Positions 55,251-64,000 of a stretch of 64,000 bases of DNA are shown in pieces. The stretch lies in IMG/VR virus record IMGVR_UViG_3300027971_000001; one strand, 5' to 3'. The translations under genes were made by a program, and so were the position numbers. Each line of letters opens with the position of its first letter. Positions within the stretch are counted from its first letter, which is position 1. The notes beneath the pieces are model-generated. The model was given only the letters and a program-made list of their open reading frames with translations, was not told where the DNA came from and searched no databases. This DNA comes from a virus (lineage: Duplodnaviria; Caudoviricetes).

Positions 55251-55672
55251 GATGTTGTTGTTAATTTTTTTGTTAAAGTATCAGCATATTTTGCAAAAGC
55301 ATTAACCACTCCTTGTGTTACAGTGTCCACAACTCGTTTTTGTTGAGGATTCATTAATGTACGAAGAACGCCTATGTCAGATTGAGACATGGATTTAGGA
55401 TCATAACCACCGGTTGATGATTCTTGATCTTCCTCCTCTTCTTGAGAATCAGCATGTGGAGTAACAGCGCCTTTTTGATCTATTTTATATTTTCCTTTTT
55501 TTCCATCCACATCATAACTAATAATTCCACACATTTTTTCCATTCCTTCATATTTGGCTTTTCCGGAAGAAACCATTTTATCAATTAAATTTTTTTGAAT
55601 ATCATTTAATTCATCACCTTTAATGTCCAATTTAAGATATTCTTGTTCAAGTAGTTTATGAAAACGAGGCAT
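55247..55672 (-). CDS. Probable head-internal protein
   Basis: MPRFHKLLEQE; TAAATA 5 nt upstream. Confidence 0.55.
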   Translation of the reverse strand: MPRFHKLLEQEYLKLDIKGDELNDIQKNLIDKMVSSGKAKYEGMEKMCGIISYDVDGKKGKYKIDQKGAVTPHADSQEEEEDQESSTGGYDPKSMSQSDIGVLRTLMNPQQKRVVDTVTQGVVNAFAKYADTLTKKLTTTS

Positions 55673-55680
55673 AAAAGTAT

Positions 55681-56220
55681 TTATTCTAATTTCATAGCAT
55701 AATTACGCTTTAAAACGGAATTAGACAGGTTATATTCTTTCAAAATCTTGTGTATGTTCTTCATGCTGAAATTCTTACTACTTTGATTTAACAATGAATT
55801 TATAATTTTACTGGCAATCTTTTTATAAAATATTTTGTCTGAAACAACCAATTTACTAAATTCCGGAAACGAACCCTCATATTCAATCACTGTAAAGCTT
55901 AGATATTTTTCAAATTTATTCAGTATTTTAAGACAAGCAGTATACAGTTCTTTTTGGTCAAAATGTTCTGCAATTTCCAAGTCTTTTACAGGTTTTTCAC
56001 TTACCACAAAAACAATATCTTCTTTTTGACGTTTGATTACAAAATTTGAAAGGATCAGATTGGCCAATTGATAAACAAGAATATTTTTGGCATCCTTGTT
56101 TTTACTCAAAGGTTTTTCCAGTAGTTTGTATTTGTGGCAAGAATTTAGAATTTTGGTTTCAATTTTGTTTGAAAACGCATCCCAGAAATCGACAAATACG
56201 ATGTTATCCTTCTTTTGCAT
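55681..56220 (-). CDS. Hypothetical protein
   Basis: Start MQKKD (56220) preferred because 56271 would overlap the GIY-YIG gene by 68 nt. Confidence 0.6.
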   Translation of the reverse strand: MQKKDNIVFVDFWDAFSNKIETKILNSCHKYKLLEKPLSKNKDAKNILVYQLANLILSNFVIKRQKEDIVFVVSEKPVKDLEIAEHFDQKELYTACLKILNKFEKYLSFTVIEYEGSFPEFSKLVVSDKIFYKKIASKIINSLLNQSSKNFSMKNIHKILKEYNLSNSVLKRNYAMKLE

Positions 56221-56623
56221 CTTTAAACCAATATTCCTTTGGTTTTCCAATTCTAATATTAATGATTCCATTGTAGTACTCTGGAGTTTTTATCACTTCA
56301 TTTTGAATTTGCAATTTTATTTCTTCATATGCCAGTTCCCATTTACTTCTGCAAAACCTTAAAATTTCAAATTTAAAATTTTCTTTTCCGTATTTTTCAA
56401 TATCCTCATTCAGTTCCCGGCAACTTCCTGTATAAGTTTTCCAATCGCTTTCAGAATATGTTATTTTACTATTTTTACGACTTTTCAGTTTTCTTTTTTT
56501 GCGAAACTGAAGTTGTTTCTTTCCAATATATTTTCGGTTATTTTTTAAATTGGTGATCAAATAAATGAAGCCGAAACTTTCATCTTCAAATTTTTCACAA
56601 ATCCAATGACCATAATCATTCAT
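56204..56623 (-). CDS. GIY-YIG nuclease-domain protein
   Basis: GFIYLITN...RKYIGKK, YTGS, FEIL, E..LQ, YYNG.I. Confidence 0.85.
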   Translation of the reverse strand: MNDYGHWICEKFEDESFGFIYLITNLKNNRKYIGKKQLQFRKKRKLKSRKNSKITYSESDWKTYTGSCRELNEDIEKYGKENFKFEILRFCRSKWELAYEEIKLQIQNEVIKTPEYYNGIINIRIGKPKEYWFKDAKEG

Positions 56624-56865
56624 TTAAGATTTCTTCGTTGAATCAGGACTTTTTTCTTTTTTCTTTTACCCTTTTTGGTTTTTTTCCAAGATCCAAAAGC
56701 AAAAGGAATCCTTGCATCACCCGGTGCATATCCATCTCCACTAGAAATAGTTCCAGGCGGGTTAAAGATAGTTCCTATGCTAGGTCCGGCACCAAATACA
56801 CCTCCCGGTCCTGCTGTATTATCTTCATTTAAGATTTTACTAAAAATATTTGAAAAAAGACCCAT
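56620..56865 (-). CDS. Small protein, probable head-internal
   Basis: MGLFSNIFSKILNE, G-rich, D..APGDAR.P, basic tail; TAAATA 6 nt upstream. Confidence 0.65.
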   Translation of the reverse strand: MGLFSNIFSKILNEDNTAGPGGVFGAGPSIGTIFNPPGTISSGDGYAPGDARIPFAFGSWKKTKKGKRKKKKVLIQRRNLK

Positions 56866-56883
56866 ATAAAGTATTTATGAATA

Positions 56884-57276
56884 ATGGAACCCGAAAAACT
56901 ATTAGAAGAAATAAAACAATTTTTGCAATTTGATGAATTGAATTTGAAAGAAAAACAATTAATGCTTCCTAGCATTAAACACAGATATGCCACCATTTAT
57001 ATCAAAACTAAAATGGAAATAGGCAACTTATACGTTGAACGCAAACGCATGATCAAAGTTATAGTTGAAGAAATCAATCGTGAATCTGCTGTTAGATTAT
57101 CAATTCCTGCTGCCGAAAAACTTGCAAGTGATCATGAAACTATTTTTGAAATAGATAACAAAATTAAAAATTGTGAAATGATTTTAGAAATATGTGAGAA
57201 ATCTGAAAAAATTTTAAGTTCAGCTAGTTATGATATCAAAAATCTGGTGGAACTAATCAAAATGGAAACAAATTGA
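56884..57276 (+). CDS. uvsY: Recombination mediator UvsY
   Basis: Coiled-coil, DELNL...P..KH.Y and YDIKNLVE..K; immediately before UvsW. Confidence 0.8.
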   Translation: MEPEKLLEEIKQFLQFDELNLKEKQLMLPSIKHRYATIYIKTKMEIGNLYVERKRMIKVIVEEINRESAVRLSIPAAEKLASDHETIFEIDNKIKNCEMILEICEKSEKILSSASYDIKNLVELIKMETN

Positions 57277-58688
57277 ACCGTATTTTTCTGGATAAATCTA
57301 AAAAGTTTGGAATGATAGAATCACCGCACATTCGGATGATTCGAAATCATTTTTCGTGTGAAAATAAAACTGCACGGCATATGCGCAGAAAAGGTTATTT
57401 TGTGGCAGATCGTTTATATGCCATAACACCTTCCGGTAGATTTGATTTGGGTCTTTTCTATTCCATTTACAAATACATGTCAGAAACAATAGGCTTGGAG
57501 GATATTGTAGTAGAAAAGGATGTTTTAGAAAAAGCCAACCCTATTCGGCTTAAAACTGAAATTCAATACTTGGAATATGAACCTAGAGATTATCAAAAGG
57601 AAATGTGCGAAAAAGCATTTAAATTTGGACGAGGAATTTTTGAAGTTGCTACTGGTGGAGGAAAAACATATGTCATGGCAACAATCAGCCATAATCTTAT
57701 AAAAAACAATTTGGCTAAAAAAATATTGATTATAGAACCTGATCTTGGATTGGTTGAACAAGTTTATGATGAATTCAAGAAAACTGGTGTAAAAAATCAG
57801 ATTAAAAAATACACAGGAGATAATGATTTTGACGGAGACTCGGAGATTATCATTGCCAATATAGGTGTTTTAAATTCTAGGGGAGAAGAAAAAATTGAGG
57901 ATTGTGATGCAATAATAATTGATGAGGCGCACAAATATAAAAGAGGAAACAAAATTAATAAAGTTTTGGACAAATTACCGGCATGTATTCGATTTGGATT
58001 CACAGGAACCCTTCCAGATGAAAAAGAAGACGTTTTGTGTATTGAAGGTAAATTTGGTCCAGTAATTTACAAAAAAACATCGGTAGATTTGAAAAAGTAT
58101 CTGACTCAAGCTCAATGTACAGTTATTGAATTGGATTATCAAAATCAACCAGAATGGTTAGATCCAGATGATTTGAAAAGATATCGTCAAGAATATGAAT
58201 TTGTAATAAACAATTCTTCCAGAAACAATATTATTAGCAAATTGAGTTGTAATTTACAAAATAATACATTGGTGTTGATTGATAGAATTCAACATGGGTT
58301 GGATCTTCAAAATGTTTTGGAAAAAATATGTGAAAATAAAAAAGTCTTTTTTATACGAGGAGATGTTGAAGTGGAATCTCGAAATGAAATTAGAAAAATA
58401 ATGGAAAACGCTAACAATGTCGTTTGCATTGCTATAAGCAGTATTTTTGCAACAGGTGTTGATATTAAAAATCTTCACAATATTATTTTGGCAAATGCAG
58501 GAAAAGCTAAGATTCGTCTATTGCAAAGCATAGGTCGTGGGTTAAGATTACATCCCACCAAAGAAAAACTTATGCTTATTGATTTAGCCGACCAACTTTA
58601 TTATGGAAAAAAACACTTTGAAAAAAGATTTGAAATTTACAATCGAGAACAAATAGAAACCAAGAAAACACAATATAAAATAATATGA
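57273..58688 (+). CDS. uvsW: UvsW helicase (SF2)
   Basis: PRDYQ, ATGGGKT, IIDEAH, GFTGT, FATGVDIKNL, QSIGRGLR. Confidence 0.95.
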   Translation: MNRIFLDKSKKFGMIESPHIRMIRNHFSCENKTARHMRRKGYFVADRLYAITPSGRFDLGLFYSIYKYMSETIGLEDIVVEKDVLEKANPIRLKTEIQYLEYEPRDYQKEMCEKAFKFGRGIFEVATGGGKTYVMATISHNLIKNNLAKKILIIEPDLGLVEQVYDEFKKTGVKNQIKKYTGDNDFDGDSEIIIANIGVLNSRGEEKIEDCDAIIIDEAHKYKRGNKINKVLDKLPACIRFGFTGTLPDEKEDVLCIEGKFGPVIYKKTSVDLKKYLTQAQCTVIELDYQNQPEWLDPDDLKRYRQEYEFVINNSSRNNIISKLSCNLQNNTLVLIDRIQHGLDLQNVLEKICENKKVFFIRGDVEVESRNEIRKIMENANNVVCIAISSIFATGVDIKNLHNIILANAGKAKIRLLQSIGRGLRLHPTKEKLMLIDLADQLYYGKKHFEKRFEIYNREQIETKKTQYKII

Positions 58689-59206
58689 AAAAGAAAAGAG
58701 GACGTAAACCAAAAAATCAAAATCCGGATATGGATATATCCGAAGATCAGGAAAAAATCAAAAAAATTGCTGCAAAAGTAAAAAAAGAAAAGATTCACTA
58801 TGTAAATGCAAAAGAATTTGAGGAAGGCATTCGATCATTTTATGCATCTGAAATTCTTACCCAATATTTGGGTGAAAGTGTAAGTAAGATTGCCAATGGT
58901 CTGAGCTATGCTCCAAACTTCATAAATTATAGCTATCGAGATGAAATGGTGGGTGATGCTATTGTTAAAATGATGACAGCATTGAAACATAAGAAATTCA
59001 ATCTGGATTCTGGTTATAGTCCGTTCAGTTATTTCACAACCATAGCATTCCATGCTTTTATTAATCGAATTAAAAAAGAAAAGAAGCATCACGAAACATT
59101 AGAACAGTATCGTGAAAAAATGTATACAGATAAAATGATTGAAGGTACTGCTAACACAGGTGCTCATGTTTATATAGATCCAGATAATAATGACGACAAC
59201 GATTGA
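58685..59206 (+). CDS. 55: Late-transcription sigma factor (T4 gp55-like)
   Basis: HYVN..EF, IANGLSYAPNFINYSYRDEMVGDA, PFSYFTTIAFHAFINRIKKEKK. Confidence 0.92.
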   Translation: MKKKRGRKPKNQNPDMDISEDQEKIKKIAAKVKKEKIHYVNAKEFEEGIRSFYASEILTQYLGESVSKIANGLSYAPNFINYSYRDEMVGDAIVKMMTALKHKKFNLDSGYSPFSYFTTIAFHAFINRIKKEKKHHETLEQYREKMYTDKMIEGTANTGAHVYIDPDNNDDND

Positions 59207-60213
59207 AAACATTAACTCAAAAATCTCTTCTTTTTGCAGATTTACATCTAGGAGTTCATCAGAATAGTCCTAGATGGCATCAGCTTGCCTTAGATTGGGC
59301 AAAATGGAGCAAGGAAATAGCTGTAAAGGAAGGTGCAGAGTCGGTCATTTGTTTGGGTGATTACTTTCATGATCGGGATCAGATTGATGTTTCGACTCTT
59401 GATATAGCAAGAAAAGTTTTGGATATATTTTCTGATTTCAAAGTTTATTTGATAACCGGAAATCACGATATTTATTTTAAAGAAAAGAATGACGTAACAT
59501 CTCTTCACATTTTCAAAGGATATCCTTATGTTAATGTTGTCAATAATACGACATTGTTCAAATACCAAGACAAACAAATTAATATGGTTCCTTGGACAGA
59601 TTCTAATGAAGCAAAGAACTTTGAAGGAGATGTTATATTAACACATGCCGAATTTAAAAATTTTAGAATGAATAACAGCAAATTCTGTGAAGAAGGTGTT
59701 GATTTGGAAAAATACCAAAATAATGAAAGGTTTATATTGGCAGGACATTTTCATATAAGCGATATTCGTAATCATGGAAAATTAAAAGCAGGATATCTAG
59801 GAAATCCATTCCAACATAGTTTTGCAGACATCAACAATAACAAATATGTTTATATTCTAGATTTGGAAAACATGGGATTGAAAAATTTTGAAAATGAATT
59901 TTCACCCCGGCATGAAATAATAAGATATTCGAAAAAAGAAGAACCCAAAAGAAAAAATTCAATTGTACGGGTCATTTTTGATGTTTCAGATACAACCGAG
60001 AAATACACAAGCTTTGCAAGCCAAATTCAAGAAGAGCACAAACCTTTCACTCTTTTGACGCAAACAGATTTTGAATTGAAAAGCGATGATATCAAAACCG
60101 ACACAAACATATCATTTGAGCAAATGCTGGAACAATTCATTGATGGAATGGATATTGAAAATAAAAAAGAAACCCAGGAATATTGCTCGAATCTTTATAA
60201 AAGGTGCAACTAA
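59203..60213 (+). CDS. 47: Recombination endonuclease subunit (T4 gp47 / Mre11-like)
   Basis: ADLHLG, LGDYFHDR, GNHD, AGHFH, YLGNP. Confidence 0.93.
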   Translation: MKTLTQKSLLFADLHLGVHQNSPRWHQLALDWAKWSKEIAVKEGAESVICLGDYFHDRDQIDVSTLDIARKVLDIFSDFKVYLITGNHDIYFKEKNDVTSLHIFKGYPYVNVVNNTTLFKYQDKQINMVPWTDSNEAKNFEGDVILTHAEFKNFRMNNSKFCEEGVDLEKYQNNERFILAGHFHISDIRNHGKLKAGYLGNPFQHSFADINNNKYVYILDLENMGLKNFENEFSPRHEIIRYSKKEEPKRKNSIVRVIFDVSDTTEKYTSFASQIQEEHKPFTLLTQTDFELKSDDIKTDTNISFEQMLEQFIDGMDIENKKETQEYCSNLYKRCN

Positions 60214-61991
60214 TGCATACTATAAACTTTAAAACTGTTTATATAAAAAATTTTCTATCAGTGGGTGAGAAACCTATTACAGTTAATTTTGAAAAGGGAA
60301 TGTGTTTAATTACAGGTCAGAATCTGGATAAACCAGAAAGATCGAATGGTGTGGGAAAAAGTACAATTGCCGATGCTATTCATTTTGCTTTGTTTGGAGA
60401 AACTATCCGAGAAATCAAAAAAGATCTGATTCCAAATTATTACACAAATGGGAAAACATTGGTTCAAATAACTTTTGATATAGGAAATGACAGCTATGAA
60501 ATAGCTAGAACGGTGAATCCAACCACAACAAAATTGATAAAAAACACAGTGGATGAAACAAAAGATACTATAGCCAATACAAATGAGACCATAGAAAACC
60601 TTGTTCGTTGTACTAGTAAAATATTCAACAATTGCATATCATTGGGTATTAATTCCAGCAACTGTTTCATGAACATGAAAAAGTCGGAAAAGCGGGAATA
60701 TATAGAATCTATTTTGGATTTGGACATTTTCTCCGAAATGACTGATATTTGTAAAACTGAATTGTCCGAAGAACGTAAACTAAGGGAAGGATTGTCTGCC
60801 AAAAAAGAAACCTATGAATCCATTCTAGAGGATTATAAAAAACAAAAAGAAGAATTTGAGAATAAGAAAAAGAAAAACATATCTGAACTTGAACAAAAAA
60901 TAAAAGTATTAAAAGAAAAAATCTATATTTTAAACCAAGAAATCGAATCATTAATGGAACATTTATCTGTCGATCATTCTGAAAAGATAAACCAGGCTAA
61001 ATCTGTTTTAAAAATAATTGAAGCAAAAATAAGCGAAACAGAAAAACTTATAGCTTCCAAGCAATCTGAAATACGCTCTATTCAAAAAAATCTTAATGAA
61101 ATTAAAGAGAATATTGATACATGTCCATCTTGTTTGAGGGAAATAGACGAATCCTGTAAAGATCATGTTGAAAATCGTAAAAAAGAAATGCTTCAACAGA
61201 TAACAAATATTGAAAATGAAATTAAAAAGGAAAAGGACAAAAGAGAAAAATTTTTGGATAAGAAGTCAGAAGCTGAAAAAATAATAGATAATTTACAAAA
61301 AAAGGAAAAGCAATCCGAAAGAGACAATTCCAAGAAAGAACAAAACAAAAAACTCATAGAACAAATCAATTCTTCAATTGATGATATTGAAAAACAAATA
61401 GAAAAAGAAACAAATCGAACAGAGAATTTTGACAAATTGATTGAAGAAAATGAAAAGAAAAAGCAAGATTTGGAAAAAAAGATCACCGAATCTGATAAAA
61501 ATATATATATTTTAAATAACAGTAAATTTATATTAAGTGATGAAGGATTAAAAAGTGTCTTTATTTCAAAAATTATAAATCTTTTAAACAGTAAAATAAA
61601 CCATTATTTGAATAAATTAGATGCCAATTCACGAATAAATTTTGATAGTTATTTTGAAGATACCTTAACAGATTCGGTGGGTAAGGTTGCTAGCTATGCG
61701 AATCTTTCTGGTGCTGAAAAGAAGGCGGTTGATCTTGCCTGCATGTTTTCATTCATGGAAATGCGAGAGCTTCAGAACTTTCCAGTATTCAATTTTGTGC
61801 TTTTTGATGAGATTTTTGATAGTAGTTTCGATAAAAAGAGCGTTCAACTTATAACTGATATTTGTGAAGAAATATCCCTGAATAAGTGTGTATTCATTAT
61901 AAGTCACCGAAAAGATGCGATTTATTCAAATAATTTTAAAACATTAAGCTTACAAAAGAAAAATGGCATAACAACAGTGCTTGAAAATTAA
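60213..61991 (+). CDS. 46: Recombination ATPase subunit (T4 gp46 / Rad50-like)
   Basis: NGVGKST, coiled coil with CPSC hook, LSGAEK, FDEIFDSS; TAATG coupling supports start 60213. Confidence 0.95.
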   Translation: MHTINFKTVYIKNFLSVGEKPITVNFEKGMCLITGQNLDKPERSNGVGKSTIADAIHFALFGETIREIKKDLIPNYYTNGKTLVQITFDIGNDSYEIARTVNPTTTKLIKNTVDETKDTIANTNETIENLVRCTSKIFNNCISLGINSSNCFMNMKKSEKREYIESILDLDIFSEMTDICKTELSEERKLREGLSAKKETYESILEDYKKQKEEFENKKKKNISELEQKIKVLKEKIYILNQEIESLMEHLSVDHSEKINQAKSVLKIIEAKISETEKLIASKQSEIRSIQKNLNEIKENIDTCPSCLREIDESCKDHVENRKKEMLQQITNIENEIKKEKDKREKFLDKKSEAEKIIDNLQKKEKQSERDNSKKEQNKKLIEQINSSIDDIEKQIEKETNRTENFDKLIEENEKKKQDLEKKITESDKNIYILNNSKFILSDEGLKSVFISKIINLLNSKINHYLNKLDANSRINFDSYFEDTLTDSVGKVASYANLSGAEKKAVDLACMFSFMEMRELQNFPVFNFVLFDEIFDSSFDKKSVQLITDICEEISLNKCVFIISHRKDAIYSNNFKTLSLQKKNGITTVLEN

Positions 61992-62012
61992 AATAATATA
62001 TTAATTAGATTT

Positions 62013-63236
62013 ATGTTTAATACTGGTAATCCATTTGCTGCAAATCCTCTTCTTCAAGCAGTAGGTCAATATTCTAATACTATAGCACCAAGACCTGCGT
62101 TGGCACCCACATCACCACAGCCTGACAATATGCCAGATCGTGGAATCAATTATCTTGCAGATTATAGCGGTTGCGGTCATTGGCGTTTGATTTGGCCCGA
62201 AATGATTCTTAATGCCCATAATAAAATGACCATGCATAGCACAACAGTCATGTGCCTTGATCCTCGTTATTATATCAATACCAAGGCAGTTCGTGTTCAA
62301 CGTCAGGCAACAGAACATCAACTAAAGTTTGTTCAGTTTTTAAAGCAGTTGGGACAACAGAATGGTTTTCGTCTTCTTTATGAAATTGACGATCTTGTGT
62401 TTCATGAAGATATTCCCGATTATAACAAATTTAAAACTGCATTTATTGATCCTAATATCCGAAAACAAGCTCAAGCTATCATGAATGAATGTGATGAAAT
62501 CACAGTAACATGTAAATTCATGAAAGATTATTATGCGGAAAAGACAGGTCATAAAAAAATCACAGTTATTCCTAACTATCCTCCAAAGTTTTGGATGGGT
62601 AATTACTATAATCTTAAAAAAATTAGTGAAAATTATGATACCTGTGAAAAGAAACCAAGAATTTTATATGCAGGAAGCGGTGCACATTTTGATGTGGAGA
62701 ATCGTGTAGGACAAAATGATGATTTTGCACACGTTTTACAGGCAATTGCAGATACAAAAGACAAATATCAGTGGGTTTTCTTTGGTGCATTTCCTATGAT
62801 GTTCCGACCTCTCGTTGAAAAAGGCATATTTGAATATCATCCTTGGCAAGATCTTTATCATTATCCAGGCAAGATCAATGATTTGAGAATCAATATGATG
62901 ATTGCACCATTACAAAATAATAATTTCAATAAAAGCAAGAGTGATTTGAAGTATATTGAAGCTTGCTGTTATGGTCTTCCTATTGCTTGCCAAAATCTTT
63001 GCACATATGAAGATGCTCCATTCAAATTTGATACCGGAGATGAAATGATTAAGGTAATTAATGAAGTTTTAGGTAAAAAATCAAAATATATGACTCATTG
63101 TGAACGGGCCAGATCTGCTTCAGAAAAGCGTTGGCTTGAAAATGAGGATAATATTAACAAATATGTTGAATTGTACAAATATCCTTATGGGGATGAACGC
63201 CGGGTGTTGCTAAACAAGGTGAATGGGTTAACATAG
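62013..63236 (+). CDS. GT-B fold glycosyltransferase
   Basis: DYSGCGHWRL, YEIDD, CDEITVT, APLQNNNFNKSKSDLKYIEA. Confidence 0.8.
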   Translation: MFNTGNPFAANPLLQAVGQYSNTIAPRPALAPTSPQPDNMPDRGINYLADYSGCGHWRLIWPEMILNAHNKMTMHSTTVMCLDPRYYINTKAVRVQRQATEHQLKFVQFLKQLGQQNGFRLLYEIDDLVFHEDIPDYNKFKTAFIDPNIRKQAQAIMNECDEITVTCKFMKDYYAEKTGHKKITVIPNYPPKFWMGNYYNLKKISENYDTCEKKPRILYAGSGAHFDVENRVGQNDDFAHVLQAIADTKDKYQWVFFGAFPMMFRPLVEKGIFEYHPWQDLYHYPGKINDLRINMMIAPLQNNNFNKSKSDLKYIEACCYGLPIACQNLCTYEDAPFKFDTGDEMIKVINEVLGKKSKYMTHCERARSASEKRWLENEDNINKYVELYKYPYGDERRVLLNKVNGLT

Positions 63237-63241
63237 TTGGC
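63207..63241 (+). promoter_or_regulatory. Sigma70-like promoter for DNA polymerase
   Basis: TTGCTA(63207-63212)-N16-TAACAT(63229-63234)-N7-GTG(63242). Confidence 0.5.
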
Positions 63242-64000
63242 GTGTATAGGCATGCCACATACGATCCTTTAAATCACGCTATTCGTCTGGCCACATGGTC
63301 AGAAACAGGTGAGCGAGTAACAGTAAGTCGCACCTATTATCCGTATTTGTATGTAGAAACAAGTGGTCAGCACGACGAAATATCATTATATAATACAAAA
63401 TTAAAGAAAAAGACATTTAGTTCATCGAAAGAACGGCGTATTTTCTCTGAAAAAGATGAAAACAAACGCATTTATCATAATTTCACTTGTTCCCAACAGT
63501 TTTTAATCGATGAATTTTCATCAGAAATAGATAGTCCAGATTTTGTTAAGCATCCTTTAAAAATATTTTATTTGGATATTGAAACTTACAGTCCAGATGA
63601 GTTTCCAGAACCATCTTTGGCAAAAGCACCTGTCAATATGATAACCATATATGACAATCTTTCAGAAAAGTTTCATAGTTTCGGATTGGGTGAATATGAT
63701 TCCCATGACAATATAATCTATCATAATTGTAAAACTGAAATAGTTTTATTGGAAAGGTTTTTGGATTTCTTTCAAAAAGATTATCCTGATATTGTGGCAA
63801 CCTGGAACGGAGAAGTTTTCGATATTCCTTATCTTGTGCATCGTATAGGAAGAGTTTTGGGAGAGGATCAGGCAAAAAGACTTAGTCCATATAATAATAT
63901 TATTTCAAAAGAGATATTCACCAAATTCGGAAAGAAAGCAGAAAAGTTTTATATTGAAGGAATCGCCAATTTGGATTACATGAATGTTTATAAAAAGTTT
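63242..64000 (+). CDS. 43: Family B DNA polymerase (T4 gp43-like), 5' part; runs off window end
   Basis: Manual translation from GTG 63242 (not in ORF track): YYPYLY, LDIETYS (ExoI), TWNGEVFDIPYL (ExoII), LDYMNVYKKF. Confidence 0.95.
   Translation, partial: MYRHATYDPLNHAIRLATWSETGERVTVSRTYYPYLYVETSGQHDEISLYNTKLKKKTFSSSKERRIFSEKDENKRIYHNFTCSQQFLIDEFSSEIDSPDFVKHPLKIFYLDIETYSPDEFPEPSLAKAPVNMITIYDNLSEKFHSFGLGEYDSHDNIIYHNCKTEIVLLERFLDFFQKDYPDIVATWNGEVFDIPYLVHRIGRVLGEDQAKRLSPYNNIISKEIFTKFGKKAEKFYIEGIANLDYMNVYKKF

Noticed and set aside
56204-56623. Mobile homing endonuclease or intron
   Set aside because: Only 139 aa, catalytic GIY-YIG domain without a DNA-binding tail, coupled to both neighbours, no split host gene.
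231-63875. Many ORF-track entries antisense to or out of frame with long genes (e.g. 10600-11046, 15010-15378, 21169-21693, 21917-22357, 39726-40088, 43254-43691, 63633-63875)
   Set aside because: They lie wholly inside well-supported genes and lack recognisable motifs; such shadow ORFs are expected by chance.
1-64000. Stop-codon reassignment (alternative genetic code)
   Set aside because: Core genes (portal, UvsW, gp46, gp47, gp55) are full length in the standard code with tight overlaps; no fragmentation.
1-64000. tRNA/rRNA genes, introns or inteins
   Set aside because: No cloverleaf-like sequence seen in the short intergenic gaps; core proteins have expected lengths. A tRNAscan-SE/Infernal run would be decisive.

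Overview
A 64-kb, AT-rich, gene-dense segment of a large T4-like (myovirus-type) phage genome in the standard genetic code. No tRNA, rRNA, CRISPR array or IS element was seen. Core T4-like genes: portal gp20, tail terminator gp15, clamp-loader gp62-like, GroES-like co-chaperonin, UvsY, UvsW, late sigma gp55, gp47/gp46 nuclease and the 5' part of DNA polymerase gp43. Accessory content: PurA, GuaC, dCMP deaminase, PhoH, UvsE, a Cas4-like exonuclease, an RmlB-like dehydratase, a flavodoxin-like reductase, a 12-kb sugar-synthesis/glycosyltransferase island (28168-40473) beside Ser/Thr/Asn-rich fibre genes, and a block of probable head-packaged proteins (47870-56865). Most notable: (1) an LCIB-family beta-carbonic anhydrase fused to a fibre-type N-terminal module, directly downstream of the portal gene under a late-promoter motif; (2) about 15 late genes whose products begin with T4 capsid-targeting-like peptides ending in (L/I)xE, including an ArdC-like anti-restriction protein, a GP88 protein and a retropepsin; (3) sigma70-like and TAAATA late promoter motifs placed mostly 5-6 nt before start codons, implying largely leaderless mRNAs; (4) a TPP-enzyme/dehydrogenase/methyltransferase/GT set consistent with making a branched, methylated sugar; (5) an enzyme set that would shift nucleotide pools from G/C to A/T. 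All family assignments come from motif recognition by eye; no database search was run.
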